The notes: generated by a model not told the origin, from the letters alone. A stretch of DNA of 64,000 nt from Bacillales bacterium UBA3207 (GCA_002363735.1 DEWP01000017.1:63393-127392); one strand, 5' to 3'; positions 19,718-31,067 are shown, counted from the stretch's first letter. Program-made: numbers and translations.

Positions 19718-20843
19718 AATCTATTCTTTGATCATCTCGATATACTTCATCAATTGTTCCAGACGCAATCAGAAGTCCTTCATCATTATAAAAGACTGCT
19801 TCTTGTCCGGGAGTAACTGCTTTATAGTAATCGTAAGTACAAATGATTTTGTCTCCCTCTAAATCAATTGTTGCTTTGTGATCTGGCTGACGATAGCGGA
19901 ATTTTGCACCGACAACTTGTGGGAATTTTTCATTTTGATTAATTAAATTAAGTTTTGTGACGACACATTTATTTGACATAAGATACTTTTGAGTATCTCC
20001 TCTAGTCACATAAAGAATATTCTTTTTAGCATCTTTTTTCACAATGAACCAGCCTGTGGCAGTTTCACCAGAAATTCCACCAATTCCGAGTCCTTTATGT
20101 TGGCCAATCGTGTAGTAATAAACTCCTCGATGTTTGCCAATCACCTTGTTTGTATCAATATCGACAATATTTCCTTCTTGAGCAGGAATATAATTCTTTA
20201 AGAATTCGCGGAAATTTCTTTCTCCGATAAAACACACTCCGGTCGAATCTTTCTTGTCCATCACCGAGTCTAAACCAATTTCATGGGCGATTCGACGAAC
20301 TTCTGTTTTATCAATATTTCCTAAAGGAAATAAACATGAACGAATTTGTTCTTCGTTAATTTGAGAAAGGAAATATGTTTGGTCTTTATTTGTATCAGCA
20401 CATTTCTTTAAATAGAAATGTCCATCTTTTTCTTCTCTAGAAGCATAGTGGCCCATCGCAATCATGTCACAACCATTCTTCTTAGCGAAATTTAAGAATG
20501 CGTCAAATTTAATGTATTTATTACATAAAATATCTGGGTTTGGAGTTCTTCCATGTTCATATTCTTCAATGAAGAAAGAGAAAACGTGATCCCAATATTC
20601 TTTAATAAAATCGACACGAAGAAGTGGTAAACCAAGTTTTTGAGCAACTTTTTGAGCGTCTTGATAATCTTTCTCTTGTGGGCATTGATCATCATTAATC
20701 GTTGGATTGCCTAAATAATCTCCGTTAGCCATCGCATCCCAGTTACGCATAAAGCAGCAAATAACTTCATAACCTTCTTTTTTAAGAAGGTATGCTGCGA
20801 CTGCGGAGTCAACTCCACCACTTAATCCAAGCATTACTTTCAT
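19716..20843 (-). CDS. mnmA: tRNA 2-thiouridylase MnmA
   Basis: SGGVDS, TPNPDILCN, KDQTYFL, KKDSTGVCFIG, TPGQ. Confidence 0.97.
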   Translation of the reverse strand: MKVMLGLSGGVDSAVAAYLLKKEGYEVICCFMRNWDAMANGDYLGNPTINDDQCPQEKDYQDAQKVAQKLGLPLLRVDFIKEYWDHVFSFFIEEYEHGRTPNPDILCNKYIKFDAFLNFAKKNGCDMIAMGHYASREEKDGHFYLKKCADTNKDQTYFLSQINEEQIRSCLFPLGNIDKTEVRRIAHEIGLDSVMDKKDSTGVCFIGERNFREFLKNYIPAQEGNIVDIDTNKVIGKHRGVYYYTIGQHKGLGIGGISGETATGWFIVKKDAKKNILYVTRGDTQKYLMSNKCVVTKLNLINQNEKFPQVVGAKFRYRQPDHKATIDLEGDKIICTYDYYKAVTPGQEAVFYNDEGLLIASGTIDEVYRDDQRID

Positions 20844-21293
20844 TTAAAAAAGCTCCTTTGAATCAAGGATAGTAGTAAACGGACCATCATTCACTAAATC
20901 AATTTTCATCATGGCACCAAAAATTCCCGTTTCCACATGATAACCGGAATTTTTTAAGCATTGATTGAAATAATCATAAAGTTCACTTGCTCTTTTTGGT
21001 TCTAGTGCATTAACAAAACTTGGGCGTCTTCCGTCTTTAACTGAAGCATATAAAGTAAACTGCGAAATGGAAAGGATTTCTCCATTAATATCTTTCAAAG
21101 AAAGATTTGCCTTTCCATTATCATCATCAAATAAACGTAAAGAAAGTAGTTTATTCGTCATTTTTTCAACAATTTCTTCATTGTCTCCGTGGGTAAAACC
21201 GACGAATAGACAAAAACCGCGGGAAATATTTCCCACGATTTTTTGATTAACCTCGCATGAGGCTCTTGTTACATTTTGAACAACAATTCTCAT
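20844..21293 (-). CDS. dtd: D-aminoacyl-tRNA deacylase
   Basis: SQFTL, GRRPSF, NDGPFT. Confidence 0.96.
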   Translation of the reverse strand: MRIVVQNVTRASCEVNQKIVGNISRGFCLFVGFTHGDNEEIVEKMTNKLLSLRLFDDDNGKANLSLKDINGEILSISQFTLYASVKDGRRPSFVNALEPKRASELYDYFNQCLKNSGYHVETGIFGAMMKIDLVNDGPFTTILDSKELF

Positions 21294-21295
21294 CC

Positions 21296-22597
21296 TTAGC
21301 GAATATAATCATGAACTGTTGGAGGAACTTCGACAAATTCATCAACAATATGAAAGGCATCTTCAATATCTTTGAGGATTTGAGCATGATCTTCAACATT
21401 AGTGTGCACTGTGCAAAGCACATCACCTTTTGAAACCTTATCGCCAACTTTCTTACTTAAGACAATACCAGCAGACATATCAATGACATCATCAAATGTC
21501 TCTCTACCGGCACCTAAGCGCATAGCGCTTTCGCCAATTTCGAGGGCGACAATACGTTTAATATAACCGTCTTTTGAAGCTTTAACTTCAATAACGTATT
21601 TAGATTCTGGGAATTTTTCTGGATGGTCGATATAACTAACGTCACCACCTTGAGCAATAACCATTTGACGGAATTTTTCAAAGGCACTACCATCAGCGAT
21701 GACTTTTTTAAGCATTTCCATGGCTTCTTCTTCGTTTTTAGCAATCTTTGCTTGTTCAAGCATAATTGCTCCAGAACGTAAACAAAGCTCAGTAAAGTCT
21801 TTTGGTCCATCTCCATGAAGTGTTGCGATAGCTTCTTTAACTTCTAAGGCGTTACCAACGGCATAACCTAAAGGTTGTTCCATATCAGTTAAGACAGCGC
21901 GTGTGTCTCGACCAAGGGCATTACCAATCTTGCACATAACTGTGGCAAGTTCTTTTGCGGCTTCAATATTCTTCATGAATGCGCCGTTACCGAATTTAAC
22001 ATCAAGAAGGATGCAATCGGAACCGCTTGCAAGCTTTTTAGACATGACAGAGGAAGCAATTAAAGGCATTGATTCAACTGTGCCAGTCACATCACGAAGA
22101 GCATATAATTTTTTATCAGCTGGAACGAGTTGCCCGGTTTGACCAACAACAGCGCAGCCAATTTCGTTAACTTGTTTTCTAAATTGTTCGTCAGAGACGA
22201 AAACATTCATTCCTGGAATTGATTCGAGTTTATCAAGAGTTCCGCCAGTATGACCAAGTCCACGTCCACTCATCTTGGCTAAGATCGCACCACAAGCGGC
22301 AACCATTGGCCCAAGAGCAAGAGTTGTTTTATCACCAACTCCACCTGTGGAGTGTTTATCAACTTTCACACCTTTAATGGAAGATAAATCCATGACGTCA
22401 CCACTATGTTCCATACGGTCAGTTAAGGTGACGATTTCACGGTTTGTCATTCCTTTAAAGACAATTGCCATTAAAAGAGCGGATACTTGATAATCTGGAA
22501 TTCTTCCAGCAACATAACCATCAACAAAAAATGTGATTTCTTGGTCGGTTAATTCACCGCCATCACGTTTTTTAGTAATAATATCTACCATTCTCAT
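21296..22597 (-). CDS. pdp: Pyrimidine-nucleoside phosphorylase
   Basis: DKHSTGGVGDK, KMSGRGLGHTGGTLDKLESIPG. Confidence 0.96.
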   Translation of the reverse strand: MRMVDIITKKRDGGELTDQEITFFVDGYVAGRIPDYQVSALLMAIVFKGMTNREIVTLTDRMEHSGDVMDLSSIKGVKVDKHSTGGVGDKTTLALGPMVAACGAILAKMSGRGLGHTGGTLDKLESIPGMNVFVSDEQFRKQVNEIGCAVVGQTGQLVPADKKLYALRDVTGTVESMPLIASSVMSKKLASGSDCILLDVKFGNGAFMKNIEAAKELATVMCKIGNALGRDTRAVLTDMEQPLGYAVGNALEVKEAIATLHGDGPKDFTELCLRSGAIMLEQAKIAKNEEEAMEMLKKVIADGSAFEKFRQMVIAQGGDVSYIDHPEKFPESKYVIEVKASKDGYIKRIVALEIGESAMRLGAGRETFDDVIDMSAGIVLSKKVGDKVSKGDVLCTVHTNVEDHAQILKDIEDAFHIVDEFVEVPPTVHDYIR

Positions 22598-22633
22598 AAA
22601 AATAAAACCTCATTATAATCATACCAAAAGAGT

Positions 22634-23974
22634 ATGAATTATAAAACACAATTTAAAAAACTCGAAATCAAAGATGATTTATTTAATAATAAAGATATGG
22701 ATTTTGCAAAGCATCTTGAAAAATACCTCACTAAAGAACAAATTAATGAACTTATTTTATCTTTTGATAAAAAAGAACATAAAGGTGTCTATTTAAACAC
22801 GAAGAAAATGAGTGATGAAACATTTGTCTCATTGTTTCCAGATGTTCAGAAACATCCTTCGGTTGAACACGCCTATTTGTATGACCAAGATGAATACGAT
22901 TTAGGAAAAAAGGTTTATCACGAGCAAGGTGCTTATTATGTTCAAGATCCAAGCGCTGCTATTGTAGCTTCTTTACTTCCATTAAATGGAAATGAAAGAG
23001 TTCTTGATTTATGTGCTGCGCCTGGAGGAAAAACAACACAAGCCTCTTTAAGACTTAATAAAAACGGAATAATCGTGGCAAATGATTTATCAAAACAAAG
23101 AGCGATTACATTATTACAAAATGTTGAAAGAATGGGACTTGATAACGTTGTTGTTACTTCATTAGATTTTTCGAAAATCTCCAATAAATATCAAAATTAT
23201 TTTGATGCAATTATTTTAGATGCGCCTTGTAGCGGTTCTGGAATGTTTCGTAAAAACGACTTAATGAAACAAGACTGGACTTACGAAAAAGTTTTGAAAT
23301 ATTCAAGCATTCAAAAAGAACTTATTTTAATGGCGTTTTCAATGCTTAAAGAAGGTGGAACTTTAGTTTATTCCACTTGTTCATATTCGCATGAAGAGGA
23401 TGAAGAAGTTATTGAATTTTTGCTTGAAAAAACACCAGCAAAACTCCAACAAATTCCAGAAATCACCGGCAATTTGCGGTCAAAAAAATATCCGGAAACT
23501 ATTCACTTATTGCCTTCATTATTTCCTGGAGAAGGTCATTACATTGCTCTAATTAAAAAAGATGGTAAATTAAGCGAGAACCGCGTTGAAGAAAGACAAG
23601 TTATCCGCCAAGTAAAATCTAAAGGAAACGCTAAAGAAAGCGAAGTTTATTTACTGAAAAATAATTTAGATGAAAACTTAATTAATTTATCTTTAAGACC
23701 TGGGTTATTTTTAAAAACAATTATCAATAAAAAAGAAATTCCATCACACCACTATTCTCATGCAATAGATTCAAGAAGTTCTATCTCTTTAAATAAAGAA
23801 GAAGTTATTTCATATTTAGCTGGAAATCAAATAAGAAAAAATAGCCCTGATGGCTATTATTCTGTTTCATATATGGGAATGAATCTTGGTTTAGTTCATT
23901 CTGTTAATGGCATTTTAAAGAATTTATATCCAAAAGGATTAAGAATTAGCGCCAAGATCGACCATAGTTTCTAA
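22634..23974 (+). CDS. rsmF: RsmF/RsmB (NOL1/NOP2/Sun) rRNA m5C methyltransferase; true start may be 22697
   Basis: YYVQDPS, DLCAAPGGKT, LDAPCSGSG, YSTCS, LKNLYPKGLR. Confidence 0.88.
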   Translation: MNYKTQFKKLEIKDDLFNNKDMDFAKHLEKYLTKEQINELILSFDKKEHKGVYLNTKKMSDETFVSLFPDVQKHPSVEHAYLYDQDEYDLGKKVYHEQGAYYVQDPSAAIVASLLPLNGNERVLDLCAAPGGKTTQASLRLNKNGIIVANDLSKQRAITLLQNVERMGLDNVVVTSLDFSKISNKYQNYFDAIILDAPCSGSGMFRKNDLMKQDWTYEKVLKYSSIQKELILMAFSMLKEGGTLVYSTCSYSHEEDEEVIEFLLEKTPAKLQQIPEITGNLRSKKYPETIHLLPSLFPGEGHYIALIKKDGKLSENRVEERQVIRQVKSKGNAKESEVYLLKNNLDENLINLSLRPGLFLKTIINKKEIPSHHYSHAIDSRSSISLNKEEVISYLAGNQIRKNSPDGYYSVSYMGMNLGLVHSVNGILKNLYPKGLRISAKIDHSF

Positions 23975-24760
23975 AGCTTTACGTCGAACTGAACCTTTAC
24001 CATTATAAATATAAAGTTTATCTTTTTCTCTAAAGTCATTAACTTGTCCGTTCATTTTATCACGGATTTCTTTTGCTAAATCAATCGTTGTTTTATTTGC
24101 AAATTCTTCAGGTGTAATTGGTTCATTGATTTTCCAGAAGAAAGGATATTTCCTTAAACAAGAATTGAGTTTTAAAATTCTAAATGTTCCATACATTGTT
24201 GCTGGAACAATACTACAATTTGCCTTATAGGCAATTTTTAATGTTCCTGGGTGGAAATCAAGTAATTCACCTTCTGGTTTTTTATTACGAGTTCCTTCAA
24301 TGAAGATAACAACATGAGGTTTTGATTCATCTTTTAGATATTCACCAATTTGTTGAAGTGTGCGAACTTGGGAAAGAACGTTTTTGCGGTCAATTGTAAA
24401 TGCTTGGAGCATCTTTAAAATTTGACCAACAAATGGCATTTTTAAGTTTTCTTTCTTTGATAAGAAAGTTATTGGTCTTTCGCTACTAGCAATCAGCATG
24501 ACTGGATCCATTAAACTATAATGGTTAGAAATAATTAAATAAGGTTTTTTAGCATCTTTTAAGATGTCATAACCTTCTTTTTGAATATCAATATGAAAGC
24601 GACGCAAGACAAAAAGGATTTCCTTTCGAACCATTGTGTATCTTTTTTCAAAAGAATATTTTTCTGGATGACGAGTATATTTTAAATAGCGGAAAAAATT
24701 ATAAATAATTGCTGGTCCGCACATGAAGATGATTTTTAAATAAATAAAAAACTTTCTCAT
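23939..24760 (-). CDS. plsC: 1-acyl-sn-glycerol-3-phosphate acyltransferase
   Basis: NHYSLMD (HX4D), FIEGTRN. Confidence 0.88.
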   Translation of the reverse strand: MRKFFIYLKIIFMCGPAIIYNFFRYLKYTRHPEKYSFEKRYTMVRKEILFVLRRFHIDIQKEGYDILKDAKKPYLIISNHYSLMDPVMLIASSERPITFLSKKENLKMPFVGQILKMLQAFTIDRKNVLSQVRTLQQIGEYLKDESKPHVVIFIEGTRNKKPEGELLDFHPGTLKIAYKANCSIVPATMYGTFRILKLNSCLRKYPFFWKINEPITPEEFANKTTIDLAKEIRDKMNGQVNDFREKDKLYIYNGKGSVRRKALETMVDLGANS

Positions 24761-24770
24761 AACTATAATT

Positions 24771-26789
24771 CTAATCCTTTAATAAATAAGTACAACGGAA
24801 AGGTGATAAATAAATCGTTTCTTCTGGGCTAGTGTTATTCATTAATGAATAATTATAGAATCCATCATGATTTTCTAAAGCAATTTGTCGTGGAGTAATA
24901 TTAAAACAATATCGATATTTTCTTTCTCCAAACCATGTCGCGACTAGTACACCACTTGAAATTGAATCGAACGAAACATTATTCAAATCAAGATTATCTA
25001 AGAAATCAGCGTGTTGGCGAGCTAAAACATAATGTCTAAATGATTGCGCCATGTCGTAACGCTTGTCTAAGATAACCCAATCCATTTGATTATAATAATC
25101 ACCTAAATTATAAGTGTTTCTTTGTCCGTGCTTAGTCAATCCAATTTCTTGGCCCATATGAATAAATGGAATACCAATCGAACACATAATAACTTTATTA
25201 AAAAGTTTAACTATTCTTAACACATCTAAATCGTCAGTTGATTCATTGATAACATCAAACAAAGTTGCGTTATCATGACATTCAACATAATTTATTGATT
25301 GTGTTGGGTCATCAAAAAGTTTTGGATATACAAGACTTTGTGAAGATCCTAAATAAGCAAATTTAAATCCATCTTGATAAGATATGTTTCCTAAAAGAAA
25401 ACCATTCTCATCAAGTTTTGCATGGCTTCCATGACCTCGTAAAATATCGCGATATGTGTCATTAAAAAACGAAACATCCAGCAATTCATGGCTATTTTTC
25501 ATTGTGGCAAACTTATCATTATAGAATCCAGTGGCATTCATATCCCATCCTTCTCCATAAATTAATGCTTCTTTTTTATTAGACAAAACAAGCTGGCTCA
25601 CTTGTTTCATTGTCTCTAAATCAATTAGACCCATTAAATCAAAACGGAATCCATCGACGTCATAAACATTCATTAAGAAATCGATCGATTCTTTGATTAA
25701 TCGTCGTGCCATTTTTCTTTCACTAGCAAAATCACATCCGCACCACGAATGGTTTGCTAATTTGGAATTTTCTTCTCTAAAAAAGTAATGTGGAGTGATT
25801 AAATGAAGATTAATCTTTTCACCTTCATACATGTGGTTATAAACCACATCAAGATTAACTCTGATACCATTTTTATGAAACGCATCAACAAGAGCTCGAA
25901 ATTCTTTCATTCGAGAAAATGGATCATTTGGATTTAATGAATAACTACCTTCAAGAGCAAAGAATGAAACCGGATCATAACCCCAGTTATAACCTTCATC
26001 AAGTTCATCGACAGAACCAAAATCTAGTACTGGGAGTAACTGAACATGACTTACATGAAGTAATTTTAAATAGTCTAATCCAGTTTCATGATTCTTTAAT
26101 GTTTTTCGATTTTCCTCGGTTAAACCTAAATATTTTCCTTTATTTTCAATATTTGTTGAGTTTTGAATAGTGAAATCACGAACGTGTAATTCGTAAATTG
26201 TACTTTTTAATTTGGAATATGTTTTTGTAACTGGAATATTTTTAAATGAACTAACCAAACGTTTGATGTTAATCACGCATGATTCTTTTGCATTCGCGTT
26301 TGTGGATTTTGCATATGGATCGGTGACAATTTGTTTTTTTCCATTCACCACCACTTCATAATGATATAAAGTCCCATCTAAGTCGCCATCAATTGTGGTT
26401 TCGTAAACACCTCTATCTAAGCGGTTTAAAGTAACTTTTTGATTATTAATAATCAATACAACGCTTGTAGCAAATGGAGCCCATAAACGAAAAATAGTTT
26501 TGTTTTCATCACAAATTGGACCAAGCTCAATATCGGTTGCATAGATTTCATCAAAGTTTTGAAGTAATGCCAGTTTTGTTACATCAACAACTTCTTCATG
26601 TTGATCATCTTTTAAAATGATTTCTTTCCCTAAAAGTTCATCATTTCCAGTAATTTCGTAAAAAGAATAGCGGTCAGTCTGGTTTTTTAAGATTAATTCT
26701 CTTGGTTCATCATTGATAAAAAGAGAAAAACCATTTAACAAATGGTTCTCCACACATAATTCATGATAACTACTTAAATAACTATTCAT
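24771..26789 (-). CDS. pulA: Type I pullulanase (GH13), no signal peptide; start moved to 26789
   Basis: YELHVRDF, YNWGYDP, DVVYNH, DGFRFDLMG, YGEGW, YVECHDN. Confidence 0.92.
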   Translation of the reverse strand: MNSYLSSYHELCVENHLLNGFSLFINDEPRELILKNQTDRYSFYEITGNDELLGKEIILKDDQHEEVVDVTKLALLQNFDEIYATDIELGPICDENKTIFRLWAPFATSVVLIINNQKVTLNRLDRGVYETTIDGDLDGTLYHYEVVVNGKKQIVTDPYAKSTNANAKESCVINIKRLVSSFKNIPVTKTYSKLKSTIYELHVRDFTIQNSTNIENKGKYLGLTEENRKTLKNHETGLDYLKLLHVSHVQLLPVLDFGSVDELDEGYNWGYDPVSFFALEGSYSLNPNDPFSRMKEFRALVDAFHKNGIRVNLDVVYNHMYEGEKINLHLITPHYFFREENSKLANHSWCGCDFASERKMARRLIKESIDFLMNVYDVDGFRFDLMGLIDLETMKQVSQLVLSNKKEALIYGEGWDMNATGFYNDKFATMKNSHELLDVSFFNDTYRDILRGHGSHAKLDENGFLLGNISYQDGFKFAYLGSSQSLVYPKLFDDPTQSINYVECHDNATLFDVINESTDDLDVLRIVKLFNKVIMCSIGIPFIHMGQEIGLTKHGQRNTYNLGDYYNQMDWVILDKRYDMAQSFRHYVLARQHADFLDNLDLNNVSFDSISSGVLVATWFGERKYRYCFNITPRQIALENHDGFYNYSLMNNTSPEETIYLSPFRCTYLLKD

Positions 26790-29379
26790 TAACTTCTGTA
26801 TCGACGTTGTATTCTTCGTTTGAATCTTCTTCAGCTGAAGGTTCATCATTTTCTAATTGGGAATTTGGGATAAATTCAGATTGTTCAATCGAACCAATCT
26901 GTTCACTTGGAGCAAAGTTATGAACAAGAACTTTTGATCCACGAGCATCACCTTCACTGGCAACAAGACCTTCACGAACTAGTCGAGCAAAGAGTCTTCC
27001 AGCTTTCGGGAAACCAATTCCATAACTTCTTGTTAAGAAGGAAATTGAACAATATTCGCGTGAACTAATATCTTCTTTAATCACTTTATAAAGTTCTTCT
27101 TCTTGAATGTTTTTATCAACTTTAGTCACTTCAGGAGTGTCTCCTTTGGAGACGATGTTATCACCTTTATCTTGCTCATTTGGAGAATGTTCTAAATCAA
27201 GGAAGTATGGATCATATTGAGGTCCACTCTTACTGCGAAGGAAGTCACAGACTTGTTTAATTTCGGAACTTTCAACAAAGCAACCTTGAACACGAGGTTT
27301 TAATCCTCGTGAAATAAGAGAGCATTCGACAAGCATATCACCATTACCAAGAAGTTTTTCTGCGCCACCTTCGCCAATAATAACCGTCGAGTCTTGGAAT
27401 GATCCAACTGTTAAAGCAACGTGAGTTGGAATATTGGCCTTAATCACGCCATCAATAACATTGACACTTGGCCTTTGGGTAGCGATCACTAAGTGAATGC
27501 CGGCAGCACGGGCTTTTTGAGCAATACGAACAACTGGCTCACGAATTTCTTTACAAGCTTCGCTTAAATCGGCATATTCGTCGATAAATACGCAAATTAA
27601 TGGTAAAGGTTCAATACCTTCGCCCTTAGCATAATTATTAAATTCTCCGATATCACGGCAACCAGCAGCATCAATTAAGTTATAACGTCTCTCCATTTCC
27701 ACAACGAGTTTTTCAAAAGCAATATATGCTTTTTTTGGATCATTGATATTTGGACAAAGAAGATGCGGAATATCTTTATAGAAGCTCATTTCAACCTTTT
27801 TCGGGTCAATTAGCATTATTTTCAAATCTTCAGGAGAATTATGCATAATTAAAGTTAAAATCGTCGAGTGCATGAAGATTGATTTACCAGAACCAGTTGT
27901 ACCAGCAACTAACATATGTGGGAATTTTGTTAAATTGGCTGTCAATAAATCTCCGGTAATGTTTTTACCAAAAATAATATCCATTGGCTTACATGATTTT
28001 TCTTCCATCAATTTTAATGATTCAAATAAACCAACAGGTGTAGCCACTTCATTTTGAATTTCTAATCCTGAAGTTGTTTTGCCAATAACAATTGGTAAGA
28101 ATCTTACAGAAATTCCGCCTAGACGACTAGAAATATCATCAATATAACGGTTCATTGTTGAAGATGAAACGTTAGAATTCATCTTGATGTCATAACGAGT
28201 AAATGAAGGCCCGATTGTATAACCGACAACACTTGCTCCGATTTTTAAATCGGCAAAAATATCATTAATTAAAACTGTTCTAGCATCACACGATGCAACG
28301 TTTTTGGTTTTATCATCTTCAGACTCATGAGGTTTTAATAAATCTAGACCCGGATGTTCAAAAGGTGGGCGGATAACCTTTCTTGGTTGAGGACGATGAT
28401 ATGGATCAGTAAATTCTGGTACTTCTTGTTGTTGAACAACTGCACTTTCCTCTTTAATCGAATTTTCTACGACATTAGGCGTACTTAATTGAGTATTAAG
28501 AGGTTCAACATGATGATCATTTTGTTCAAGAATTGGTTCAACTTGTTCGTTATGAACAACAGGTTGAACTTCTTGATGAACTTCAACTTTTGGTGAGGCC
28601 ATCGTAAATGATGGCTTTTGAACAGGTTGTTGAACGTGATTTTCATCACTAAAATGGAATGTTGCACGTTGGAATCCGTGTGTTGAATTAAAGTTATTAG
28701 CAACTAAGTTACGAATTTCAGCTTGCGATAAAGTTTGTTTGCTTTCCGGAGTTGGAGCATTATGATGCTCAATTTCTTTCATTGAATAATCATCTTCACC
28801 AATTGTTTCAACAGTTTGATAACTTTCTTTATGGGATCTTTTATGACGAGCATTTTTAATCTTTTTGAATAGTAAGACGACTTGTTTATTTAAAATCATC
28901 ACGATTCCAGCAACAAAAGCAATCCAGCAAATAATGCTTGTTCCGATTGGAGTAATCGCATTATTTAAAACACCGGCTAAAACGTATCCAAAGAAACCAC
29001 CACCAATCCCAGGATTAGCAAATGGATCAAAAGGAGTATGTTCGTTTAATAAACGAACGGAGTTTGTAAATGTGATTTGTTCACTGTTTCCCCAGTTTGA
29101 TGTAATAATCATTAAAGATAAAACAACAACAAAGACACCCCATAAAGATAAACCGAGTTTAAATTTGATTAATCTCTTACGGAAAATAATGTATAAACCA
29201 AGAATAAATAAGAATGGAGTTAGAATCCAAAAGCCAATAAAGCCAAATGATGCACAAATAGCGATTGTTAAAAATTCGAATGGTGTTCCATGAGAAAATA
29301 AAATAATTAGTGCAAAAAGGCATAGCGCTATTCCGCTAAATAAAACGATTGTTGAATTTTTAACATTGAGCTTTTTCAT
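26782..29379 (-). CDS. ftsK: DNA translocase FtsK/SpoIIIE
   Basis: 4 N-terminal TM, Q/P-rich linker, AGTTGSGKS, IDPKKVE, ATQRPS, C-terminal gamma domain. Confidence 0.95.
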   Translation of the reverse strand: MKKLNVKNSTIVLFSGIALCLFALIILFSHGTPFEFLTIAICASFGFIGFWILTPFLFILGLYIIFRKRLIKFKLGLSLWGVFVVVLSLMIITSNWGNSEQITFTNSVRLLNEHTPFDPFANPGIGGGFFGYVLAGVLNNAITPIGTSIICWIAFVAGIVMILNKQVVLLFKKIKNARHKRSHKESYQTVETIGEDDYSMKEIEHHNAPTPESKQTLSQAEIRNLVANNFNSTHGFQRATFHFSDENHVQQPVQKPSFTMASPKVEVHQEVQPVVHNEQVEPILEQNDHHVEPLNTQLSTPNVVENSIKEESAVVQQQEVPEFTDPYHRPQPRKVIRPPFEHPGLDLLKPHESEDDKTKNVASCDARTVLINDIFADLKIGASVVGYTIGPSFTRYDIKMNSNVSSSTMNRYIDDISSRLGGISVRFLPIVIGKTTSGLEIQNEVATPVGLFESLKLMEEKSCKPMDIIFGKNITGDLLTANLTKFPHMLVAGTTGSGKSIFMHSTILTLIMHNSPEDLKIMLIDPKKVEMSFYKDIPHLLCPNINDPKKAYIAFEKLVVEMERRYNLIDAAGCRDIGEFNNYAKGEGIEPLPLICVFIDEYADLSEACKEIREPVVRIAQKARAAGIHLVIATQRPSVNVIDGVIKANIPTHVALTVGSFQDSTVIIGEGGAEKLLGNGDMLVECSLISRGLKPRVQGCFVESSEIKQVCDFLRSKSGPQYDPYFLDLEHSPNEQDKGDNIVSKGDTPEVTKVDKNIQEEELYKVIKEDISSREYCSISFLTRSYGIGFPKAGRLFARLVREGLVASEGDARGSKVLVHNFAPSEQIGSIEQSEFIPNSQLENDEPSAEEDSNEEYNVDTEVNE

Positions 29380-29393
29380 TTTCTATATCAAAA

Positions 29394-31067
29394 CTAATCT
29401 ATTTCTTCAATTTTTACTAAAATTAATGGAGTTTTGAGGGTGTTTCTACGAATGAGATTTAAAATGACATTTTTTACTTCATCTTCAGTAGATTTCACCG
29501 CAAATCCTGGTTTTTTTAAGGATTCAGAAACAATTTTTGTAAACATAGTTTGCATGTCTCTAAGTAATGCATCAGAGTTCTTCGCGTAAAATAAACCGCG
29601 AGTTTGAACATCAATTCCACCGACAATTTCAGCTTTCTTTTTTGAAACAACAGTGGCCAAAATGACAACTCCGTCATCAGAGATTTGGCGACGTTCGCTA
29701 ACAATTTGTTCGGAGAAATTTGATACTTCACTACCATCAACCATCACGTTACCAGCAAGAACTTTTTCACTTGAATATGAACAAATTCCATTTTGGCAAT
29801 TTAAAATCATTCCATTGTCAACTAAGAAAACATTTTGATGGTTTAGACCAACGCCCATTCCAGCAGCTGCATTAGCATTAGCTAATAAGCAAACTAAATA
29901 ACCGCTAATTGGAACATAATATTTTGGTCTAAAGATAGTGATCATTGTTTTAATATCTTCGATTGATGGATGCATTTTAATAAATTCATTCTTGTTAACA
30001 CGAACAACATCAACATCACAACGATGCAACTCATCAAGAGCATCGAAATAATCAATTTCAATGTCGTTAGAGAAATGCGAACCTAAAACAAATGTGTCAT
30101 CTGGATTTAACGCGATAATCTTGTTGTCGTTAAGACCTTTCGCTAAAAGCGAAATTTTATGCAATAATCGATTTGCAAATCCAGTTATTAAAACAACAAT
30201 TTCACTAGCTGGATATCGATTAACATCTTCAGCTGGAATAAACAAATCTTTTGTTACACCAACAACACCGGCGCGAACAAGTCGATATACTAAATCACGA
30301 GTTGCGGCATCATAAAGAACAATTCTACGATGACCATTGCTACAAATACGAACAATATCAACGATGTTATAAACATCAGCTGATTCAACACCAACAAAGA
30401 TTCGACCTTGAACATTTTTAAATGATTCTTTTACGACTGTACGAAGTTTATACATCGGATTAGAAAATCCACTTCGTTCCGCATTAATAGAATCACCCAA
30501 TAAAATAAGTGTTGGTTTATCAGCAATTACACCCATCTTCTTAATGTCGGATGTGAAAGATTTTGTCATGTTGTTATCAATGACATAATCCATGGCAAAA
30601 ATGATGTTTCCTTGGTCAGTATCAAAACAAATTCCATAGGAATTGGCCATGTTTGAAGTCGTTGCAAATAAACGAATTAAATGACCATTAATTGTGATAT
30701 CATCACTTGGTTCAACGATTTTAAATTCATAGCGAGATGGATTGATATTATTGTGTTCACAAAATGTGAACAAGAAAATTCGCGTTACATCAGTACAAAC
30801 AATTGGAGCAGGAATTTTATCATAGATAAAAGGAATTGCTCCTAAAATACAGTCATTACCTTCAGTAATGAGATAAGCGCGAACGCGATCTTTATTTGCT
30901 AAAAGGTAATCATATTTTGGAATAATGTAGTCGATTCCGTGTTTGTTTTTATCTGGAAGAGAACATCCTGCTTCAACAACGAAAATATCACGGTCAATTT
31001 CCACCGCAATCATGTTTTTAAAATGTTCGTCTTGGCCACCAAGAAAGACAATTCGGATATTCGACAT
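29394..31067 (-). CDS. rnj: Ribonuclease J family protein with degenerate active site (J2-like)
   Basis: LGGQDE..KNM, GIDYIIP, RPKYYVPISG, ERRQISDDG; metal motif reads TEGNDC instead of THGHEDH. Confidence 0.85.
   Translation of the reverse strand: MSNIRIVFLGGQDEHFKNMIAVEIDRDIFVVEAGCSLPDKNKHGIDYIIPKYDYLLANKDRVRAYLITEGNDCILGAIPFIYDKIPAPIVCTDVTRIFLFTFCEHNNINPSRYEFKIVEPSDDITINGHLIRLFATTSNMANSYGICFDTDQGNIIFAMDYVIDNNMTKSFTSDIKKMGVIADKPTLILLGDSINAERSGFSNPMYKLRTVVKESFKNVQGRIFVGVESADVYNIVDIVRICSNGHRRIVLYDAATRDLVYRLVRAGVVGVTKDLFIPAEDVNRYPASEIVVLITGFANRLLHKISLLAKGLNDNKIIALNPDDTFVLGSHFSNDIEIDYFDALDELHRCDVDVVRVNKNEFIKMHPSIEDIKTMITIFRPKYYVPISGYLVCLLANANAAAGMGVGLNHQNVFLVDNGMILNCQNGICSYSSEKVLAGNVMVDGSEVSNFSEQIVSERRQISDDGVVILATVVSKKKAEIVGGIDVQTRGLFYAKNSDALLRDMQTMFTKIVSESLKKPGFAVKSTEDEVKNVILNLIRRNTLKTPLILVKIEEID

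Noticed and set aside
25471..25494. Degenerate motif-like sequence GAAACATCCAGCAATTCATGGCTA in pulA
   Set aside because: Five mismatches at otherwise invariant positions; needs a PWM score before being counted.
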